DNA of 17,496 nucleotides from Nanobdellati archaeon (GTDB lineage Archaea; Nanobdellota; Nanobdellia; UBA10117): NCBI GenBank assembly GCA_016182015.1, contig JACOYC010000023.1, positions 1 to 17,496 of the forward strand, read 5' to 3'. Shown piece by piece: positions 13,613 to 17,496 of this stretch (position 1 is its first letter; each line of letters starts with the position of its first letter). The notes under the pieces were generated by a model. It saw only the letters and a program-made list of their open reading frames with translations, ran no database searches and was not told where the DNA came from. The position numbers and the translations under genes were made by a program.

Positions 13613-14692
13613 TTAAGCCAAACTCCCGTAATCCCCATTTCTCATCAGCACTTTATCCACATCCTTCTCAGTAACCCTTGCCAGCCGCTTCTTGTAGGCC
13701 TTCAAGAACCTTTCCAGCTCTTTGTATAGCTTTTCTTTTAGTTCTGAGCTGAGGATTTTTCCCTTTTTGTAATTCTTTTCTAACCTGTCTGCCTCTTTCT
13801 GACTCAGGAAGTACGCGGTCAGGTATTGCAGCGCAACATCCTGCTCGGGAATTCCGCCGAGCTTTCTGTGCTCCGCCAGGCTTTGCCGGCCACCGGAGAA
13901 CGCGCGCATCACTTTCTTTTTTATTGATGCTAAATTTTCATCCAAGAATATTGCTGAGTCTGGGCGGGACTTGGACATCTTCTTGCCGTCAATGCCCGGC
14001 AGCAGGACAGAGCAAACCTCTGCTGGCTTCGGCAGATTGAACTTCGCAGCAAGATCGCGGGAGATGCGGATGTATGGGTCCTGGTCCAAACCAACAGGGA
14101 CTAAAACTTCCTTGTATCCGAGAACGAGCGGGAGAAGAATATGTGCTGATTGGACAACCGGGTAGAAAAACATCCCGCTGTTTGTATCATCACCATAGCC
14201 ATAGACCGCTTTGATTGTCGAGCCAGTCACCTTCTTTGAAAGTTTTATCGCGAGGTTGTAGATGTTCGTAAAAATCTGGTCGATGTAGATGTGTGTCTTC
14301 TTCGGGTCAAATCCCAAGGCGAGCAGTTCTTTTACCAGATGCCTCGCATTTGCCAGCGCCTCTTTCTGCGTCTCAACCTTTCCAACCACATAAGACTCAT
14401 CATCAGAGATCGGGATGAACGAGTGCACGCCATATTTTTTCTGGAAGAACAAGTGCACATCCAAAAATGATTTGTGCCCGAGATGAATTTTTGAGCTGGG
14501 GTTGAAACCGGAGATGATTGCGACTCGCTCGCCTTTTTTTAATTTAGATAAAAACAAATCTAAATCGCGGTGCGAGAACAGCAGGCCAGACTGGAAACCC
14601 CCGAAGGCGGGCAGGCCTTTCAGCTCAGCAGTGTGGCTAAGCCCGAAGTCTTTCATTAACTGCTTTTGTTCTGTATCGATTGGGAGTTTCAT
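13613..14692 (-). CDS. trpS: Tryptophanyl-tRNA synthetase (archaeal/eukaryotic type)
   Basis: Class I signatures HLGH (SKIHLGHKS) and KMSKS. IPISDDESYV corresponds to the TrpRS-type DDEK block rather than TyrRS. Start set at MKLPIDTEQ (ATG 14692) because the longer track ORF runs into the tRNA gene. Confidence 0.85.
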   Translation of the reverse strand: MKLPIDTEQKQLMKDFGLSHTAELKGLPAFGGFQSGLLFSHRDLDLFLSKLKKGERVAIISGFNPSSKIHLGHKSFLDVHLFFQKKYGVHSFIPISDDESYVVGKVETQKEALANARHLVKELLALGFDPKKTHIYIDQIFTNIYNLAIKLSKKVTGSTIKAVYGYGDDTNSGMFFYPVVQSAHILLPLVLGYKEVLVPVGLDQDPYIRISRDLAAKFNLPKPAEVCSVLLPGIDGKKMSKSRPDSAIFLDENLASIKKKVMRAFSGGRQSLAEHRKLGGIPEQDVALQYLTAYFLSQKEADRLEKNYKKGKILSSELKEKLYKELERFLKAYKKRLARVTEKDVDKVLMRNGDYGSLA

Positions 14693-14698
14693 ATTAAA

Positions 14699-14771
14699 TG
14701 GGGTCACCAGGATTTGAACCAAGATCTACCGGTCTGGAGCCGGTCATTCTACCAGGTTGAACTATGACCCC
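14699..14771 (-). tRNA. tRNA-Trp (anticodon CCA), no intron, CCA end not encoded
   Basis: Minus strand sequence is GGGGTCA TA GTTC AACCTGGTA GAAT G ACCGG CTCCAGA CCGGT AGAT CTTGG TTCAAAT CCTGG TGACCCC A. It has a 7-bp acceptor stem with G1-C72, U33, anticodon CCA, G37, a canonical T-loop and discriminator A73. There is one U-U mismatch in the T-stem. Confidence 0.9.
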
Positions 14772-14798
14772 TTACCTCCATTTAAGTCTTTGTAATGC

Positions 14799-14804
14799 TT
14801 TAAG
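14799..14804 (-). promoter_or_regulatory. TATA-like element for tRNA-Trp and trpS
   Basis: The minus strand reads TTCTTAAAGC about 28-33 nt upstream of the tRNA 5' end. Confidence 0.35.
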
Positions 14805-14847
14805 AAATCTCCGATTACTTGTGTGCTTCTTCTATAGCCACCGATAA

Positions 14848-14913
14848 CTCCGAAACAAAGTGTTTCGGAGGAATGGAAAAATCGAGCTACTCGTATCTCC
14901 CACCTCGATTTTT
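14848..14913 (-). terminator. Two strong hairpins downstream of the trm5-PAP2 pair
   Basis: AAAAATCGAG (14877-14886) pairs with CTCGATTTTT (14904-14913), 10 bp with T5 in the 3' arm on the minus strand. CTCCGAAACA (14848-14857) pairs with TGTTTCGGAG (14861-14870), 10 bp with a 3-nt loop. Confidence 0.5.
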
Positions 14914-14929
14914 TCATAATCAACTCGCA

Positions 14930-15559
14930 TCATACCTTTGCTTCAAAATTCAAGTTTAAAAACTTATCCCCAAATTTCTGGACAAGTTTGTAGACTGCAT
15001 AAAAAATAAAGTATCCAGCAATCACATCTACAGTGTAATGTATTTTTATCAGCAAAATGTCAACTGCAATCAAGGCCGAAAACAGGAAAAGCAAATATCT
15101 CAGATTTTTATTTGTAGTAATCAGCGCAGCAACAAACGGCAGCGCAGCATGTGCTGACGGAAATAAGTCATTATCAAACTCAAAGCCGTCAAGCAATCTC
15201 GGCGGCCGGCCAGCGGGGGCTTCAAGCAAAGTAACAGAAAACATAAGAACCCGCAGCAAAAGCGCAAAGCCAAACACGTAATGATATTGTGCGAACTTTG
15301 CTGGCTCTTTAAACAAAAACCAGAAAAACAATAACAAAAGTATCAAAATAAAACCATATAAATAAAAGCCAATTGTCAGAGGGTTGTGCACAGTCGGCAA
15401 TAAGTCTAGCACAAAATCTTTTGAAGGCTCGGCAGGAAATTTCTGTAAATATCTGCCAGCCAGAATCCAAAGAGCGATTGAAATCAATGTTAATAATAAT
15501 GAAGCAGCAAATGCCTGTTTGTATTTCGTATTTTTTAAAAGCTCAAAAAGTTTTATCAT
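14930..15559 (-). CDS. PAP2-superfamily membrane phosphatase/phosphotransferase (PAP2_C / sphingomyelin-synthase-like type)
   Basis: Six-TM protein with FPSAHAA (the S-x-H motif) and KIHYTVDVIAGY (H-Y-T-x-D-V). Its start overlaps the trm5 stop by 4 nt (15556-15559). Confidence 0.65.
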   Translation of the reverse strand: MIKLFELLKNTKYKQAFAASLLLTLISIALWILAGRYLQKFPAEPSKDFVLDLLPTVHNPLTIGFYLYGFILILLLLFFWFLFKEPAKFAQYHYVFGFALLLRVLMFSVTLLEAPAGRPPRLLDGFEFDNDLFPSAHAALPFVAALITTNKNLRYLLFLFSALIAVDILLIKIHYTVDVIAGYFIFYAVYKLVQKFGDKFLNLNFEAKV

Positions 15560-16608
15560 TTTATTTTTACATCAAACACATATCGCCACATTCTTGGTGC
15601 GTACGAGCCGGCCTTCAGCACGCGCAGTATCTCAGCACGCCTGCCTTCTTTTTTAATAATTTTTTTAATCTTTTTCTCAGCCTCCTTCAGCTTGTCCTCG
15701 CGCACGAAGGCATAAAAATGTATTGTACAGTTTTTATTTGCATATCTTGCCGCCAGCTCGAAAAAATCCCAGCTTTTTTCCGGGAAAGGCATGATTATCC
15801 GGTCAAATTTTCCGCCAAGTTTTGGCAGGACTTTAGAAACATCGCCCAGAACAGGCGTTATAGCGAACCCGAGCCTGTTCAGCCGTATATTTTCCTCCAT
15901 AAATTTAAACGCGTCTGGATTTACCTCAATTGCAGTTATTTGAACGCCCGGTTTTTTGCTGGCAATCACAAGCGCATACGGTCCAATGCCCGCAAACATA
16001 ACTAGGATCTGTTCGCCATTTTTGACAAGGCCGGCCACGCGCTCACGCTCACGCGAACTCCTTGGCGAGAAATATGCTTTTTCCAGATCGGCGTGCATCG
16101 TTAGGCCCGCTTCCTTATGCAGTGTTTCCAGTCTTTTTTCCCCAGTCAATATCTCGTATTTCCGCAGCCTATATTCCTCGTCCGCAGAGCCAACCTTGCC
16201 CATTTTTCTTGCTACGACGCCGATGTATGGGAACGCGCGCTTAAACGCCCATGCTATGCTGACTGCCAGCCTGTCAAGCTTTGGCGGAATCTCTAGGATT
16301 GCAATGTCGCCGATAACATCATAGCTGCGCACAAGCTCGCCAATCTGTTCGTCCGTAAGTATGTTTTTAAGAAGGTGTTTTAAATCAGTCTGGTGCGGCG
16401 GAATTTTCTGCAGATTTTTTTCCTCAAACTTTGAGCCAGGAAATTTTTTCAGAAGAATATGCTTGTCAAACCTGCCAGAAATCGGCAGAATCAAATACAT
16501 CTTCTCGGTCTTTCCGATTAGCCGCTCGGTGTCAAGCCAGCCCTTCTCCCGCAGGAACTGCTTGGCATCTTCACCGTGTATTTTTTTGACTTTAAGACAA
16601 ACGACCAT
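15556..16608 (-). CDS. trm5: tRNA (guanine37-N1)-methyltransferase Trm5 (Trm5/Tyw2 family)
   Basis: The AYFSPRSSRERERV motif (YFSPR...ER), the SAM-binding VMFAGIGPYAL segment and a length of 350 aa fit archaeal Trm5. TATA-like TTTTAAAT at 16629-16636 on the minus strand. Confidence 0.85.
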   Translation of the reverse strand: MVVCLKVKKIHGEDAKQFLREKGWLDTERLIGKTEKMYLILPISGRFDKHILLKKFPGSKFEEKNLQKIPPHQTDLKHLLKNILTDEQIGELVRSYDVIGDIAILEIPPKLDRLAVSIAWAFKRAFPYIGVVARKMGKVGSADEEYRLRKYEILTGEKRLETLHKEAGLTMHADLEKAYFSPRSSRERERVAGLVKNGEQILVMFAGIGPYALVIASKKPGVQITAIEVNPDAFKFMEENIRLNRLGFAITPVLGDVSKVLPKLGGKFDRIIMPFPEKSWDFFELAARYANKNCTIHFYAFVREDKLKEAEKKIKKIIKKEGRRAEILRVLKAGSYAPRMWRYVFDVKIK

Positions 16609-16638
16609 AAAATTCTTACTAAACGCAGATTTAAAACT

Positions 16639-17496
16639 TTAAGCCTGAAGGGCGGGCAACGCCATCTCCGCCCTTGCAAGCTCAGGCAGCAATTGCTCAG
16701 CCATACTAATCGAGTTATCAAGTTTTTGCAAAATAAATATTTTTGTCTTACTATTGGGCAGCCTTAGCAAAGCAGCCCTTAGCCTGCCGTCCTCGCTTTT
16801 GCCAACAGAAACAATAGATTTTAGTATGTTTGAAATTGCAAGAAATGCATTTCTTTTGACGTTAATGTTGATGTTCTTTTTTTCGGATTGGTATGCATTC
16901 ATCGCCCGTTCAACAGATAAAAATAAATTTTGTGATGTTTGTACGTCTGCAAGGCTGAGCACACGCTTAATGCTACTGTCTTTTGATTCAGTTCTAAGAA
17001 CATTTTTAAGCGCGTTGGTTAATTGTTTGAGCGCGGTGCCAAGCTCATAGTCTATTTTATCAATCGCGCGTGCAGTTTGCTCTTCCCAGGCAAGCCTCGT
17101 CTTTTCAGCTTCAAGCCGCTGAAGCTCAGCCCGCTCGCCTGCTGTTTCCCGTTCTTCCAGGGCAAGGAACTGCCCAAGCGTAGCAGCCTCCTGCTGTTCA
17201 GAAAATGCGCGCCTTCGTTCCTGCATCGCAGCTCGTTGTCCCACAACAGCCGTTTGTTTTACCATCCCCTTTTGTATCTGTCGCATGGCCAGCTGCCTTG
17301 TTTTTGCAGTAATTTTTATTGACATCTGGCCCTGTTTTTGCTGCTGAGCCAGCCTGTCTATAAATTGAAGCTCCCTTTGTTTTCTTTGCCCGTCCATTTG
17401 TGCCCGCTGCAGTTTTTGCTGCAGTCTTGGTATTTGTGCAGTCTGCCCGAGCTTCTGCGCTGCAGCCAGCTCATCAGAAATGTCCTTTATTTTTTT
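16639..17496 (-). CDS. Q/E/A/R-rich coiled-coil protein, 5'-partial; the frame stays open to the window end
   Basis: Hand translation upstream of the track Met (17397) gives KKIKDISDELAAAQKLGQTAQIPRLQQKLQRAQ with no stop, so the gene probably starts outside the window. Heptad-like helical sequence. No catalytic motif recognised. Confidence 0.5.
   Translation of the reverse strand, partial: KKIKDISDELAAAQKLGQTAQIPRLQQKLQRAQMDGQRKQRELQFIDRLAQQQKQGQMSIKITAKTRQLAMRQIQKGMVKQTAVVGQRAAMQERRRAFSEQQEAATLGQFLALEERETAGERAELQRLEAEKTRLAWEEQTARAIDKIDYELGTALKQLTNALKNVLRTESKDSSIKRVLSLADVQTSQNLFLSVERAMNAYQSEKKNININVKRNAFLAISNILKSIVSVGKSEDGRLRAALLRLPNSKTKIFILQKLDNSISMAEQLLPELARAEMALPALQA

Noticed and set aside
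14693-14722. Upstream start (MVQILVTPFN) for trpS given by the ORF track
   Set aside because: These 10 codons lie inside or abut the tRNA-Trp gene (14699-14771). The internal ATG at 14692 gives a normal TrpRS N-terminus.
14763-14918. 51-codon minus-strand ORF (MKKSRWEIRV...) between the PAP2 gene and tRNA-Trp
   Set aside because: It is built from the translated terminator hairpins, runs through the tRNA promoter and ends inside the tRNA. It has no TATA box of its own.
15057-16642. Plus-strand ORFs opposite PAP2 and trm5 (15057-15281, 15373-16005, 15384-15656, 15956-16324, 16062-16244, 16361-16642)
   Set aside because: They are antisense to two CDSs with clear family motifs. Their translations are low-complexity and S/R/F/C-rich.
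16754-17322. Plus-strand ORFs opposite the coiled-coil gene (16754-17050, 17023-17322) and minus-strand ORF 17052-17246
   Set aside because: They overlap the long open coiled-coil frame. Their translations are L/S/F/C-rich shadows or out-of-frame reads of the same repeats.

Overview
This window reads as a compact archaeal chromosome segment, probably from a small-genome or DPANN-like lineage (lineage is inference). The supporting genes are a 5'-partial S-layer protein, FEN1, TruD/Pus7-type pseudouridine synthase, aEF-1beta with its usual Zn-ribbon partner, Trm5, archaeal/eukaryotic-type TrpRS, and a tRNA-Trp(CCA) with A73. No rRNA, CRISPR array, transposase or integrase was seen. Nearly every gene has an A/T-rich TATA-like octamer about 21-30 nt upstream of its ATG and no Shine-Dalgarno spacing, which suggests leaderless transcripts. 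Two convergent gene pairs share palindromic stop tetranucleotides (CTAG at 9122-9125, TTAA at 11972-11975). The points most worth a second look are listed here.
1. The 1.1-kb stretch between truD and a small-multidrug-export-family gene has duplicated gene ends on both sides. One is a 30-nt repeat of the truD start that brackets an AT-rich orphan-gene cassette and strands a canonical promoter. The other is a diverged copy of the last 34 codons of the export gene, sharing a 26-nt identical core with the functional copy.
2. Short GC-rich hairpins recur in intergenic regions: six occur in one 205-nt convergent spacer, and a two-hairpin module with a compensatory base-pair change follows two different genes. 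A related segment also lies inside the truD coding sequence.
3. A 526-aa Fic-domain protein with a non-canonical last motif residue sits between fen1 and trpS.
4. tRNA-Trp ends 6 nt before the trpS start codon.
5. A 167-aa protein resembles a voltage-sensor domain (S1-S4) without a pore.
6. A 52-codon Zn-ribbon gene is missing from the ORF track.
All functional calls rest on motif recognition by eye. No database search or computation was run.
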